Shown here in pieces: positions 48,643 through 58,425 of a DNA stretch of 64,000 nt. Origin of the DNA: an uncultured Bifidobacteriaceae bacterium (GTDB taxonomy: Bacteria; Bacteroidota; Bacteroidia; Chitinophagales; UBA10324); NCBI GenBank assembly GCA_964424455.1, contig CAYRJA010000001.1, positions 2,887-66,886 of the forward strand, in the 5' to 3' direction. The notes beneath the pieces are model-generated. The model was given only the letters and a program-made list of their open reading frames with translations. It was not told the DNA's origin and ran no database searches. Position 1 is the stretch's first letter. The number at the start of each line of letters is the position of its first letter. The position numbers and the translations under genes are program-made.

Positions 48643-50430
48643 TTACAGAAATACAGGTTTATCTATATGATTAGCAATCCGGTAAACTGCATTTATCAAA
48701 CCTACATGACTGTATGTCTGAGGAAAATTTCCCCATTGGCTGCCATCGGCGGGACAAATATCTTCACTAAGCAATCCAAGGTGATTAGTGTATTGTAACA
48801 GTTGCTCAAATGTTTCTACAGCTTCATCAACTCTGCCCATAACCGTAAGCGCCTCCACATACCAAAATGAACAAATCAGAAAAGCAGATTCCGGTTTACC
48901 GAAATCATCTGCATGAATATAGCGGTGAAACAATCCGTTTTCCAATTTTAGTTTCTGCTCCATAGCTGTTAAATGGTTTTTAGCTTTCTCAGACTTCGGG
49001 TCAAGATAACCGAGTGTAATCAGTTGAAGTAAACTGGCATCTAAATCGGTTCCGCCTGCAGACGCAGCATAAACCATCAAATTCGGATTGTAACACTTCT
49101 CTAACATAGCTGCTGCACGATATTTTAACTTCAGTGCGATCTCCTTTAAGCCATTCTCGTGTTGAGTTTGCTCAAATATTTTTATCGCTGCAGAGCAACC
49201 TGCCCAATGAAACAGAAAAGTATAACCGTGCAACCGCATGGAGTTACGGAACTCCCATAAACCGGCATCATCTTCTTCCATTGTTTGTTCAATCATATTC
49301 AGCAGGTTGCGGATAGATTTTATTGACTCACCACGTTCGCGATCAATAAAACGTTTGTCAGTGTATAATGGCAGCAAAGAAACCAGCACTTGACCGTAAA
49401 CATCATTTTGCCTTTGTGAAAACGCTGCGTTACCAATGCGTACCGGCTGATTGCCGAGGTAACCTTTCAGAGGAAGTTCCTTCTCGCTTAATTTAGCTAT
49501 CCCGTCAATAGAATAGAGTGGTTGAAGACGCTTACGATGATGAAAGGTAAGATTGGCAATAAAGTGAAAGTAGTTTTCTAATTCCTCAAAATGACCGATG
49601 CGGTTAAAAGCTGAAAGTGTATAAAAACTATCACGCAGCCAGCAGTAACGGTAATCCCAATTGCGACCTCTGTCCGGTGATTCCGGCAACGAAGTAGTAG
49701 AAGAAGCGATAATGGCGCCCGTCTGTTCAAATTGGTGAATCTTTAGCACCAAAGCTGAACGAATCAGTTGCTCCTGATACAACGAAGTAAAGTATGAACT
49801 CTTTACCCACAGTTGCCAATAGTTAATGGTCTTATGGAGAAAGTCTTCGCAGGTGTACACCATATCTGCTTCTAATGGGATCCCATAAGTGAGGACAAGA
49901 AATTTATTCTCATTCAGCAGAAATGACTCCTCTCTTTTGAGAAAGGAGAGTGAGATATTAGTGGTCAGCCGCAGTTGATCGGGATAGCCCTCGTATTGAA
50001 GATGATTACTGCCAATATGAGATGTAGCAAAAGAACTTCCATAGTTTAGGGTAGGAGTACATTTCACTTTTACCAACGGTGAACCGGAGATTAATTCAAT
50101 CTTACGGATAAGCATCAACGGTTTATAATACCGTTCATATTGTTTGAAGCGGGGTGCAAAATCAATGACACGGAAACTGCCTTCTGCAGAATGAAATTCG
50201 GTACAAAGCACATTCGTGTTCTCAATATAATACTGCTTGTTGCTGTAGTTGTTATCTGATGGTTGAATAGAGAAATCACCGCCCTTCTCTTTGTCCAGCA
50301 TACTGCCGAAAACAAAGCTGCTATCATACTGCGGCAAACAGAGCCAAGAAACATTTGCCTTTGTATCAACATGAGCGATAAAAGCACAATTGCCGACAAT
50401 CCCTGAATTGTATTTATGCGGATTGGTCAT
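48643..50430 (-). CDS. glycoside hydrolase family 15 (glucoamylase/trehalase-like)
   Basis: 595 aa. N-terminal beta-sandwich plus (alpha/alpha)6 domain with YRYCWLRDS and WGNFPQTYSHVGLI motifs. Confidence 0.9.
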   Translation of the reverse strand: MTNPHKYNSGIVGNCAFIAHVDTKANVSWLCLPQYDSSFVFGSMLDKEKGGDFSIQPSDNNYSNKQYYIENTNVLCTEFHSAEGSFRVIDFAPRFKQYERYYKPLMLIRKIELISGSPLVKVKCTPTLNYGSSFATSHIGSNHLQYEGYPDQLRLTTNISLSFLKREESFLLNENKFLVLTYGIPLEADMVYTCEDFLHKTINYWQLWVKSSYFTSLYQEQLIRSALVLKIHQFEQTGAIIASSTTSLPESPDRGRNWDYRYCWLRDSFYTLSAFNRIGHFEELENYFHFIANLTFHHRKRLQPLYSIDGIAKLSEKELPLKGYLGNQPVRIGNAAFSQRQNDVYGQVLVSLLPLYTDKRFIDRERGESIKSIRNLLNMIEQTMEEDDAGLWEFRNSMRLHGYTFLFHWAGCSAAIKIFEQTQHENGLKEIALKLKYRAAAMLEKCYNPNLMVYAASAGGTDLDASLLQLITLGYLDPKSEKAKNHLTAMEQKLKLENGLFHRYIHADDFGKPESAFLICSFWYVEALTVMGRVDEAVETFEQLLQYTNHLGLLSEDICPADGSQWGNFPQTYSHVGLINAVYRIANHIDKPVFL

Positions 50431-50635
50431 TGGATAGAATAAGAAAACTATAAAAACATTATACCGATTGTAAGGTCGGAAAAATCCGGAATAAATAAAA
50501 AGGATGTTCAGAGAATAATAGTTCTTTATAAAATTATTACTGAATCAATCAATAGAATCCTTCCGTTTTTCTCTGATAAAGTAAGGTAGAAAATATTAAT
50601 ACCGCCCATATCGTCAGAGGAAGTTATAATAAAAA

Positions 50636-50661
50636 ATCCCCATGAAAAATTCACCGGGGAT
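50636..50661 (-). terminator. terminator downstream of tRNA-Gln
   Basis: On the minus strand, stem ATCCCC/GGGGAT with a 14-nt loop, followed by T6. Confidence 0.5.
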
Positions 50662-50666
50662 TTTTG

Positions 50667-50739
50667 TTGACCGACCTGGGGTCGAACCAGGACTCTTCTG
50701 AACCAAAATCAGACGTGTTGCCAGTTACACCATCGGTCA
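50667..50739 (-). tRNA. tRNA-Gln (anticodon UUG)
   Basis: 73 nt. U1-A72 acceptor TGACCGA/TCGGTCA, anticodon stem TCTGA/TCAGA with loop TTTTGGT, T arm CCTGG-TTCGACC-CCAGG. Confidence 0.9.
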
Positions 50740-50831
50740 ATTTGATGGTGCGCAAATGTAAAACAAAGAGTTTGTAGTTGCTCCGGCATCTGTAAGTTTT
50801 TTACAGAGGTAACTTCTTATTTCATCTCACT

Positions 50832-51761
50832 TTGCGAACTTTACCCGCTATTATTATGATGTTGCTGATCTACCTTTTAATTTTTTCCTTTGCTCAGACA
50901 GAAGCCGCAGTACTTCAGCAAAACAATACTGTAATATCAACTGCTGTTACTAATTTACCTAATCATCCGGACAGAATATATATTACCGATTCAGTTTATG
51001 GCTTGAGGAAAAAGATGAAATCACAGACATGGGAATTAATTTCACCTGAACAGGTAATCAACCAAAAGTTCAACACAACAACTCAAACTGATTTTGAACC
51101 TATTCGGATCGAAGAACAGGAGCCATGGCTGTTCTATTTATTTTTGGGAATACTTTTCTTTATTGCTTTTATCCGCATCAGCTACTCAAAAGAGTTTGCA
51201 GAGCTGTTTCTGATTTTCAAATCTATTAGTATCAATCAGCAGTTGTTCCGCGATACGCTTACCGGATTAAAAATTGCCTCTGTCTGGCTCAATGTCAATC
51301 TTGTTCTTGTTGCCGGCATTTATCTTTTATTACTGAGCAGGTATTTTCATTTGTATGACGGCGGTATAAAATTTCTATTGTTTCTTGTTGTTACAGTTAC
51401 TGTATTACTAAGTATTCGTTACAGTCTTTTGAAAATTGCAGCTTCACTTTTTCCATTTAAAAAAGAAATTAATTTTTACCATTTCAATGAGTTGCAGATT
51501 AACCGGCTTACAGGATTATTGATTTTACCATTGGCAATAGTTATAGCATTTTCTCCGGCACCAGTTTCTTCTTACGCCTTATATCTCAGCATAGTGTTGC
51601 TGGCAGTAATGCTGCTGTTCCGTTATCTGCGAGGATTTGTTATCGGAAGCGAGTACTTCATAAGGTATAAGTTTCACTTTCTTATTTATATTTGCACCCT
51701 CGAAATTGCACCCGTAGTTATTTTGGTGAAGCTGTTGAAGAAATGGGTTGCAAGCTTGTAA
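50832..51761 (+). CDS. DUF4271-family membrane protein
   Basis: 309 aa, multi-TM. Sits directly upstream of hemD as is usual in Bacteroidota. The TTG start is uncertain; an in-frame ATG lies at 50856. Confidence 0.65.
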   Translation: MRTLPAIIMMLLIYLLIFSFAQTEAAVLQQNNTVISTAVTNLPNHPDRIYITDSVYGLRKKMKSQTWELISPEQVINQKFNTTTQTDFEPIRIEEQEPWLFYLFLGILFFIAFIRISYSKEFAELFLIFKSISINQQLFRDTLTGLKIASVWLNVNLVLVAGIYLLLLSRYFHLYDGGIKFLLFLVVTVTVLLSIRYSLLKIAASLFPFKKEINFYHFNELQINRLTGLLILPLAIVIAFSPAPVSSYALYLSIVLLAVMLLFRYLRGFVIGSEYFIRYKFHFLIYICTLEIAPVVILVKLLKKWVASL

Positions 51762-51789
51762 GTTTTTTTAGACAAGAAAATTTTAGTGA

Positions 51790-52698
51790 ATGGCATTGAA
51801 ATCTACAGGAAAAATATCACGAAAAACAATCGGCAAAAAATCAAAAACAGCAGCGAAAGCCACTAAAAAGCCAGTACAAACAAAATCAAAAACAGTTAAA
51901 AAGAGCAGTAATGCTGTAGCGCCGAAAAAGGATGTCGCCAAACCTGAAATCAAAAAAGTAAAGACTATCCTGCTCACTCAGGCGAAACCGGAGAATGACA
52001 AAAATCCATATACCGAATTAGCAAAAAAGTACAAACTCGAAATCACTTTCAAACCATTCATTAACCTCGAAGGAATAGCGCTGCGTGATTTCAGAAGATA
52101 TAAAGTAAACCCGCTTGACTTTCAGGCAATAATTTTTACCAGCCGTAATACGATAGACCAATTTTTCAGACTCTGTGAAGAACTACGAATCCGCATGCCA
52201 GATGATGCAAGATTTTATTGCATGACGGAAGCCATAGCGCTCTACCTTCAGAAATATATTTTATACAGAAAGCGTAAAGTTTTTTATGGTGACGGAACGA
52301 TGAAAGAGTTGTTTCGTGAAATAACCCATCATCGAAATAATGAAAAATATTTACTGCCATGCGCTGATATTCATAAATCGGATATTGCAGATTTCTTAAA
52401 GTCGCAGAAATATGAATATGCAGAAGTAGTAATTCTGAATACGGTTCCTGCGCAGTTGAAAAAAGCAGATTTAGATTTTGATATGATTGTGTTTTTTACG
52501 CCGGCAGGAGTTTCTTCACTCCATAAAAACTTTCCAAAATTTAAGCAGCGCGATATAGTTATCGGAGCTTTTGGAGAACAAACAATAAATGCGGTGCAGA
52601 AAGCAGGATTGCGCCTTGATGTGAGTGCACCCGCACCCGGAACTCCCTCTATGTCTATGGCGATAGATAAATTCCTTTCAGAGAGAAAGAAAAAATAA
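51790..52698 (+). CDS. hemD: uroporphyrinogen-III synthase with a lysine-rich N-terminal extension
   Basis: 302 aa. The HemD core starts near ILLTQAKPENDKNPY (residue about 60). Residues 1-58 are a K/A/T/P-rich tail. I found no in-frame ATG or GTG between 51790 and the core; the only alternative start is a TTG at codon 3. Confidence 0.8.
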   Translation: MALKSTGKISRKTIGKKSKTAAKATKKPVQTKSKTVKKSSNAVAPKKDVAKPEIKKVKTILLTQAKPENDKNPYTELAKKYKLEITFKPFINLEGIALRDFRRYKVNPLDFQAIIFTSRNTIDQFFRLCEELRIRMPDDARFYCMTEAIALYLQKYILYRKRKVFYGDGTMKELFREITHHRNNEKYLLPCADIHKSDIADFLKSQKYEYAEVVILNTVPAQLKKADLDFDMIVFFTPAGVSSLHKNFPKFKQRDIVIGAFGEQTINAVQKAGLRLDVSAPAPGTPSMSMAIDKFLSERKKK

Positions 52699-53017
52699 CC
52701 TTATTAAATTTTCAAACCTTAATAGAAATTCATACCGACAGTTTGTAATCTTATTCTTAGTTTGATAGTGCATGATACAAGAAAAGCAACAATCTATTTT
52801 TATAAGGTCATAAGGTTTTACCAAGTAGATTTTTTTTGCTATTAAGATTCGTTTTCTATGATAGGGTTCTGTCCCCGGCAGATCTTCCGAAGGAGAGCCG
52901 CCGATGTTTTTACTATAACGTTCATCTTACTGTAACACTTTCCAAACTATACTTTTTTACCTAAATTAATCCTTGATTGGCGGAGAGTGCCGAAAAGAAA
53001 ATCCTCATGGGACAGAA

Positions 53018-53452
53018 TTATTGTTGTTTAGGAACATTAAACATCCATCGAATTCCAAACCTGTCGAGACATACGCCCCAATATCCCCAAAACTCATCGT
53101 GTGGAGCAATACAATCTGTTCCGTCTTGCGAAAGTTCATTATATATTCTGTCGGCTTCTGCTTTTGTGTCAAGTTCTAAACTAATGGTTGTGTTGTTGCC
53201 AATAGTTAGCTTGTGTCCCATGCTTTCGAGCATATCTGTCCCCATTATGTTTGTGCCACCAATTATTGGTAATGATACATGCATTACCATTTTTTTCTCC
53301 TTGTCCGAAAGTTGAGGCATTCCCTCTTGTTGTGGTATATCTCCCATTCGCATAATTGGCACTGCCCATTCCGTTTTGAAAACTGATTTGTAAAGATTGA
53401 ACGCTTCTTCTGTGTTACCTTGAAAATTCAAGTAGATGTTTGTTTTTGCCAT
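53018..53452 (-). CDS. VOC (glyoxalase/PhnB-like) family protein
   Basis: 144 aa. MAKTNIYLNFQGNTEEAFNLYKSVF N terminus and a C-terminal DRFGIRWMFN motif typical of PhnB-like VOC proteins. Confidence 0.75.
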   Translation of the reverse strand: MAKTNIYLNFQGNTEEAFNLYKSVFKTEWAVPIMRMGDIPQQEGMPQLSDKEKKMVMHVSLPIIGGTNIMGTDMLESMGHKLTIGNNTTISLELDTKAEADRIYNELSQDGTDCIAPHDEFWGYWGVCLDRFGIRWMFNVPKQQ

Positions 53453-53483
53453 GATGTTTATATGGTTATTTAAAATTTACTTT

Positions 53484-54104
53484 TTATTTCTTTATCAATT
53501 TATATCTTAAATGTGTTGTCAATGCTGACGGTATTACTTCTAAGATTTGAAGGTCATATTTGTCCTTGTCAATGCCGTCAAAAAGTCTAATTCCACTGCC
53601 TAAGAAAACAGGTGTTATATGAATAAAAAACTCTTCTACATGTCCTGCATTTAGAAATTGTTGAATAGTGTTAGCTCCGCCAAGTATTCTTATGTCCTTT
53701 CCTTTTGCTGATTGCTTTGCTTTACCCAACGCACTTTCTATTCCATCATTTACGAAGTAAAAAGTAGTGGTTCCTTCTTGAATCCAAGGTTCTCGCTTTT
53801 CGTGGGTTAAAACATAAACATCAGTTTTATATAAGTTATTTGGCCAACTAACCTCACCTTCCTCAAACATACGCTTACCCATAATGAATGCACCTGCTCG
53901 CTCAATTGTTTCTCTAATATACTTCCCATCAGGTCCATCTTCTTTACCTCCCTCAAACCCTAAGTATTCCCAAAATGCTTTTTGATTAAACATCCACGAA
54001 TGAATTTGTCCTGATACGCCACCCATCGGATTTTTAGGACTTCTGTTTTCTCCTGCGAAAAATCCGTCAATTGATATTCCACTGTCAAAAAATATTTTGC
54101 TCAT
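53484..54104 (-). CDS. dihydrofolate-reductase-like (RibD C-terminal domain) protein
   Basis: 206 aa. ISIDGFFAG, FIMGKRMFE and ILGGANTIQQFL motifs. Confidence 0.75.
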   Translation of the reverse strand: MSKIFFDSGISIDGFFAGENRSPKNPMGGVSGQIHSWMFNQKAFWEYLGFEGGKEDGPDGKYIRETIERAGAFIMGKRMFEEGEVSWPNNLYKTDVYVLTHEKREPWIQEGTTTFYFVNDGIESALGKAKQSAKGKDIRILGGANTIQQFLNAGHVEEFFIHITPVFLGSGIRLFDGIDKDKYDLQILEVIPSALTTHLRYKLIKK

Positions 54105-54107
54105 CAG

Positions 54108-54518
54108 TTAGTTTGATTCAGTGTAATTTTTAAAATTATTTAAAATCGCTTGCCAACCTTGTTGCTGCATTTCAACCGGATTTTGTGTTTCAGGGTCAAA
54201 TGTTACAGTAACTGTGGTCTGCCCGTTTTGCTCTTTGAACACGACTGAGGCTTGTCGCCCACCAAATTTATAGGCAAAACTTTCGCCATCGTGAATTTCT
54301 GTATAAACTGCTTCAAAGTCAAAACCAAAACTTCCGTCTTTGGCTTCCATTCTTGCTTTGTAAACACCTCCAACCTTCATGTCGTTGGTAGCTGTTGGGC
54401 AATGCCAACTCGGGTCGGCAAAATTCCAATTTACAATGTGTTTCGGGTTCGTGTAGTAGTCCCAAACTTTTTTTGCATCTGTATTTATGGTTGCAGTTAC
54501 AATTATTTTGTTGTCCAT
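54108..54518 (-). CDS. SRPBCC (AHSA1/START-like) domain protein
   Basis: 136 aa. VTATINTDAKKVWDYYTNP N terminus and a GWQAILNNFK C-terminal motif. Confidence 0.75.
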   Translation of the reverse strand: MDNKIIVTATINTDAKKVWDYYTNPKHIVNWNFADPSWHCPTATNDMKVGGVYKARMEAKDGSFGFDFEAVYTEIHDGESFAYKFGGRQASVVFKEQNGQTTVTVTFDPETQNPVEMQQQGWQAILNNFKNYTESN

Positions 54519-54525
54519 ATTAAAA

Positions 54526-54993
54526 TTATTTAAGTTCTGATAAAATTAGTTTCTTCATTTTAAATGTATTCATTAATGCCTTTTCTCTTACTGTTTGGTC
54601 TTGGTTGTTTATGAGTTCAAAATATTCCACCGGAACTACCTGCCATGATAAACCATACTTGTCTTTGCACCAACCACAAACACCTTCTTCGCCACCATTA
54701 GTAGTTAATGCTTCCCAATAATAATCTGTTTCGGCTTGGTCTTTTGTGTTGATTACAAAGGAAACGGCTTCATTAAATTTAAACAAAGGTCCGGCTGCAA
54801 GAATGGAGAATTCTACTCCTGCAATTTCCATAACTGCTGTGTCAAATTCTTGTCCACCAAATTCAGGTGGGTTTTTGAATTTTTGGTAGTCTTTCAATTT
54901 ACCATCTTTAAAAATTGAAAGGTAGTAATCTACTACTGCGTTTGCATCTTTTTCAACCCAAAGACAAGGTGTGATTTTTTGTTGAGATGTCAT
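54526..54993 (-). CDS. VOC family protein (3-demethylubiquinone-9 3-methyltransferase-like / PhnB-like)
   Basis: 155 aa. ITPCLWVEKDANAVVDYYLSIF and CGWCKDKYGLSWQVVP motifs. Confidence 0.75.
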   Translation of the reverse strand: MTSQQKITPCLWVEKDANAVVDYYLSIFKDGKLKDYQKFKNPPEFGGQEFDTAVMEIAGVEFSILAAGPLFKFNEAVSFVINTKDQAETDYYWEALTTNGGEEGVCGWCKDKYGLSWQVVPVEYFELINNQDQTVREKALMNTFKMKKLILSELK

Positions 54994-55181
54994 ATAATTT
55001 ATTTTACTGTTTATATTGTCTATTCGTTGGTTTATCTAAAAACTTTTCAATTATTGGAACGACAAGGTCGTTTCCCTTGAACTCAGTGATAATTGTTGTT
55101 ATTTCTCCAATGTATTGTCCGTGTATGCCAGGAATTATGGCTATTTATTGTTGCTGTCACCGTCGTTATTTTGTTGTTCAT
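54994..55181 (-). pseudogene. possible 5' remnant of a second SRPBCC gene
   Basis: The minus-strand ATG at 55181 encodes MNNKITTVTATIN, which resembles MDNKIIVTATIN of the 54108 gene. The similarity is then lost and the frame stops after 32 codons. Confidence 0.3.
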
Positions 55182-55183
55182 AT

Positions 55184-55744
55184 TTAATTTGTTTTTTGGT
55201 TTATCGGCTCGTAATACAGAATAACTGCACCGTTGGTAAAGTTTTTAGTCTTTTTGAGTTTGAAAATAGTCCTGCCATTTATATTTTCAAATAAGGACAA
55301 TCCCTTTCCGGCAATAACAGGTTGGATACAAAGTTGAAATTCGTCAATTAAATTCAAATTCATTAGTTGGATAATTAAACTACGGCTACCAACAAAAATG
55401 TCTTTACCCGATTGTTGTTTCAACTCTCTTACCAAATCTTCAAGGGGTTTTGTTGCAAGTTCTGCGCTTTCCCAATCTGTATTCTTGAGGATATGAGAAA
55501 AAACAATTTTTGGAATTTTGTCTATTGCTCGGGCAAAGTCGTCCGCTGTTTTTTCTCCAGACGGATTTTTTAATAGTGTCTGCCAGTATTGCATTAGCTG
55601 ATATGTAGTCCTGCCATAAAGAATTACACCTGCATTGTCTAAAAGGTCAGTGTAATGTTGATGTAGTTCTTCGTCCGCTATTCCCACAGTATGGTCAAAG
55701 TTTCCGTCAACAGTCGTATTAAATGCTGCGATTACTTTTCTCAT
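55184..55744 (-). CDS. dihydrofolate-reductase-like (RibD C-terminal domain) protein
   Basis: 186 aa. TTVDGNFD, ILYGRTTYQLM and FVGSRSLIIQLM motifs. Confidence 0.75.
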   Translation of the reverse strand: MRKVIAAFNTTVDGNFDHTVGIADEELHQHYTDLLDNAGVILYGRTTYQLMQYWQTLLKNPSGEKTADDFARAIDKIPKIVFSHILKNTDWESAELATKPLEDLVRELKQQSGKDIFVGSRSLIIQLMNLNLIDEFQLCIQPVIAGKGLSLFENINGRTIFKLKKTKNFTNGAVILYYEPINQKTN

Positions 55745-56042
55745 ATTTTCGTTTTGTCAGTCTGTTTATTGGGTCGCCCTACAATGACTACTAACTTGTA
55801 AATATACGTAACTACTCTAATCAATAAAATACTTCAATACCCTATCAAAGCATTTGCATATTCTCAATTGCTGATACACATTATGTGTTATGGTTGTCTA
55901 TCTTTTTATTCTGCTTTCGCATTTACCATCTCATAAATGATTTTATATTTTACAATACCGTCAATTTATTATCCCCAAATTTTATTTCTTCAATTACTAT
56001 TCATGTTTCTCTTCTACCTTCGCCGTATAAATAATTTTTTCT

Positions 56043-58274
56043 ATGTCAGTGTCGGTAAAAGAATCTGTAGTTACTGTAGAAATGGCTGCTCAGCTTGGTC
56101 TTTCAACAGAGGAGTTTGAAAAGGTAAAAACCGTTTTAGGTCGTACGCCTAATTTCACGGAGCTAAGTATTTATTCGGTGATGTGGAGCGAGCACTGCTC
56201 CTATAAAAATTCTATCAAGTGGTTGAAAACACTGCCGCGTGAAGGAAAACATTTGCTGGCAAAAGCGGGAGAAGAAAATGCTGGATTAGTGGATATTGGC
56301 GATGGACTGGGTTGTGCTTTTAAAATAGAGTCGCACAATCATCCTTCTGCCATAGAGCCGTATCAGGGTGCAGCTACCGGAGTAGGAGGTATTCACCGCG
56401 ATATTTTTACAATGGGTGCGCGACCGGTTGCGGCGCTTAACTCTCTCCGGTTTGGGAATCTGGAAGAAGAAAAAACAAAACATCTGCTGCGCGGCGTAGT
56501 GAAAGGAATCGGTGATTATGGAAATGCATTTGGTGTTCCTACAGTGGGAGGTGAAGTTTTCTTTGATGAGTGTTACAATACCAATCCGTTGGTCAATGCC
56601 ATGTCTGCAGGAATTGTTGAAAAAGGAAAAACAGTTTCCGCTACTTCTTACGGGAAGGGAAACTTAGTTTATATCGTCGGCTCGGCAACAGGGAAAGACG
56701 GAATTCACGGAGCCACTTTTGCATCAGCAGATATTACAGAAGACAGCGCTGAAAAATTACCGAGTGTACAGGTTGGCGATCCCTTTCAGGAAAAATTATT
56801 ATTGGAGGCATCGCTGGAAGTAATTGAAACGGGCGCATTAATCGGAATGCAGGACATGGGCGCTGCCGGTATCACTTGCTCTACTTCAGAAATGAGTGCA
56901 AAAGGAGAATCCGGAATGATCATTCATCTGGATAAAGTGCCAACGCGCCAGCAGAATATGAAACCATTTGAAATCCTGCTGAGCGAATCACAGGAACGTA
57001 TGTTGCTTGTGGTGAAAAAGGGAAGAGAGAAAGAGGTGGAAGAAGTTTTTAAAAAATGGGATTTGAATTGTTCGCTGATAGGAGAAGTAACAGACGGTGA
57101 CCGCCTTCAATATTATATGTATGATGAGTTAGTGGCAGATGTGTCTGCTGAATCGCTTGTGCTGGGCGGCGGCGCTCCGGTGTATGAGCGCGAGTACAAA
57201 GAGCCTATCTACTTTGCGACAACCAAAGAATTTGACATCAACAATATTCCTGAACCGTCTGATATTCGTACTGTTGCTGAACAATTGATTCAACTGCCTA
57301 ACATCGCTTCCAAGAAGTGGGTATATGAGCAATATGATTCCACTGTGCAGATAAATAATTCATCTACCAACAAACCTTCTGATGCTGCGGTTATCCGGAT
57401 TAAAAAATCGAATAAAGCAATAATGCTTACGGTAGATTGCAATGCGCGGTATGTTCATGCCGACCCTTTCACCGGTGCAGCCATTGCAGTGAGTGAAGCA
57501 GCAAGAAATATTGTTTGTACAGGTGGCGAACCCTGTGCAGTAACCAACTGCCTGAATTTTGGAAATCCTTACAATCCCGAAGTGTACTGGCAGTTTGTCA
57601 ATGCAATTAAGGGAATGGGGGAAGCGTGCAAGAAATTAGATACGCCTATTACAGGAGGTAATGTAAGTTTCTACAATCAGTCGTCAGATGATGGTCCTGT
57701 ATTCCCAACTCCGACTATAGGAATGTTGGGGTTAATGGATAATATGAAACATCAGACTACACTTGATTTTAAAAATGCCGGTGACCTGATTTATCTGATA
57801 GGTGAATCGAAAGAGGACATCAGTTCATCAGAATACCTCGCAAATATTTGCGGACAAAAGATTTCACCTGCTCCTTACTTCAACTTAGATGAAGAAATCG
57901 TGTTACAGGATACGGTAAAGCAACTGATTCGCGCAGGATTGATTCAATCAGCACATGATTGCAGTGACGGAGGATTGTTTGTAACACTGCTTGAATCCGC
58001 AATGGCAGGTAACAACGGGTTTGACATCAGCACAGATGAAAGCTTTCGTAAAGATGCTTTCCTGTTTGGTGAAGCACAGAGCAGAGTAGTAGTAACTGTA
58101 ACACCTGAGCAGCAGGATACATTCATTGACTTACTCAGTCAGTTTGAAATTGATTTCTCTCTGCTTGGTGAAGTGCTTGATGATGCAATTTATATTGATG
58201 ACGAGGACTTAGGAGATATTAATTACTGGAAAGGACTGTATGATAACGCCATAGGAAAGGAAATGCAAGCCTAA
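56043..58274 (+). CDS. purL: phosphoribosylformylglycinamidine synthase subunit PurL
   Basis: 743 aa. Motifs WSEHCSYK and [21 protein letters not shown], with duplicated AIRS domains. Confidence 0.95.
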   Translation: MSVSVKESVVTVEMAAQLGLSTEEFEKVKTVLGRTPNFTELSIYSVMWSEHCSYKNSIKWLKTLPREGKHLLAKAGEENAGLVDIGDGLGCAFKIESHNHPSAIEPYQGAATGVGGIHRDIFTMGARPVAALNSLRFGNLEEEKTKHLLRGVVKGIGDYGNAFGVPTVGGEVFFDECYNTNPLVNAMSAGIVEKGKTVSATSYGKGNLVYIVGSATGKDGIHGATFASADITEDSAEKLPSVQVGDPFQEKLLLEASLEVIETGALIGMQDMGAAGITCSTSEMSAKGESGMIIHLDKVPTRQQNMKPFEILLSESQERMLLVVKKGREKEVEEVFKKWDLNCSLIGEVTDGDRLQYYMYDELVADVSAESLVLGGGAPVYEREYKEPIYFATTKEFDINNIPEPSDIRTVAEQLIQLPNIASKKWVYEQYDSTVQINNSSTNKPSDAAVIRIKKSNKAIMLTVDCNARYVHADPFTGAAIAVSEAARNIVCTGGEPCAVTNCLNFGNPYNPEVYWQFVNAIKGMGEACKKLDTPITGGNVSFYNQSSDDGPVFPTPTIGMLGLMDNMKHQTTLDFKNAGDLIYLIGESKEDISSSEYLANICGQKISPAPYFNLDEEIVLQDTVKQLIRAGLIQSAHDCSDGGLFVTLLESAMAGNNGFDISTDESFRKDAFLFGEAQSRVVVTVTPEQQDTFIDLLSQFEIDFSLLGEVLDDAIYIDDEDLGDINYWKGLYDNAIGKEMQA

Positions 58275-58330
58275 TTGCAGTCTGCGTTCTTCCTTCTTAT
58301 TTATTACAGTGAGAAATTGTCTAAAACAAA

Positions 58331-58358
58331 ACAGCTACTCATCTTATTGAGTAGCTGT
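58331..58358. terminator. terminator hairpin between convergent purL and metK
   Basis: 11-bp stem ACAGCTACTCA/TGAGTAGCTGT with loop TCTTAT. A-rich upstream and T-rich downstream. Confidence 0.7.
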
Positions 58359-58425
58359 TATAATTAATGAAACTGAAGTTCTGTTAAATGTATTACTGTA
58401 ACAGAACAGGAATTTTAGTTCTGAC

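Noticed and set aside
52699-53017. 320-bp gene-free region after hemD with a GC-rich patch (GGGTTCTGTCCCCGGCAGATCTTCCGAAGGAGAGCCGCCG, about 52864-52903), considered as a possible small RNA
   Set aside because: I could not fold it into a convincing conserved structure. It does not match RNase P, tmRNA, SRP or 6S cores by eye, and there is no flanking promoter box or terminator.
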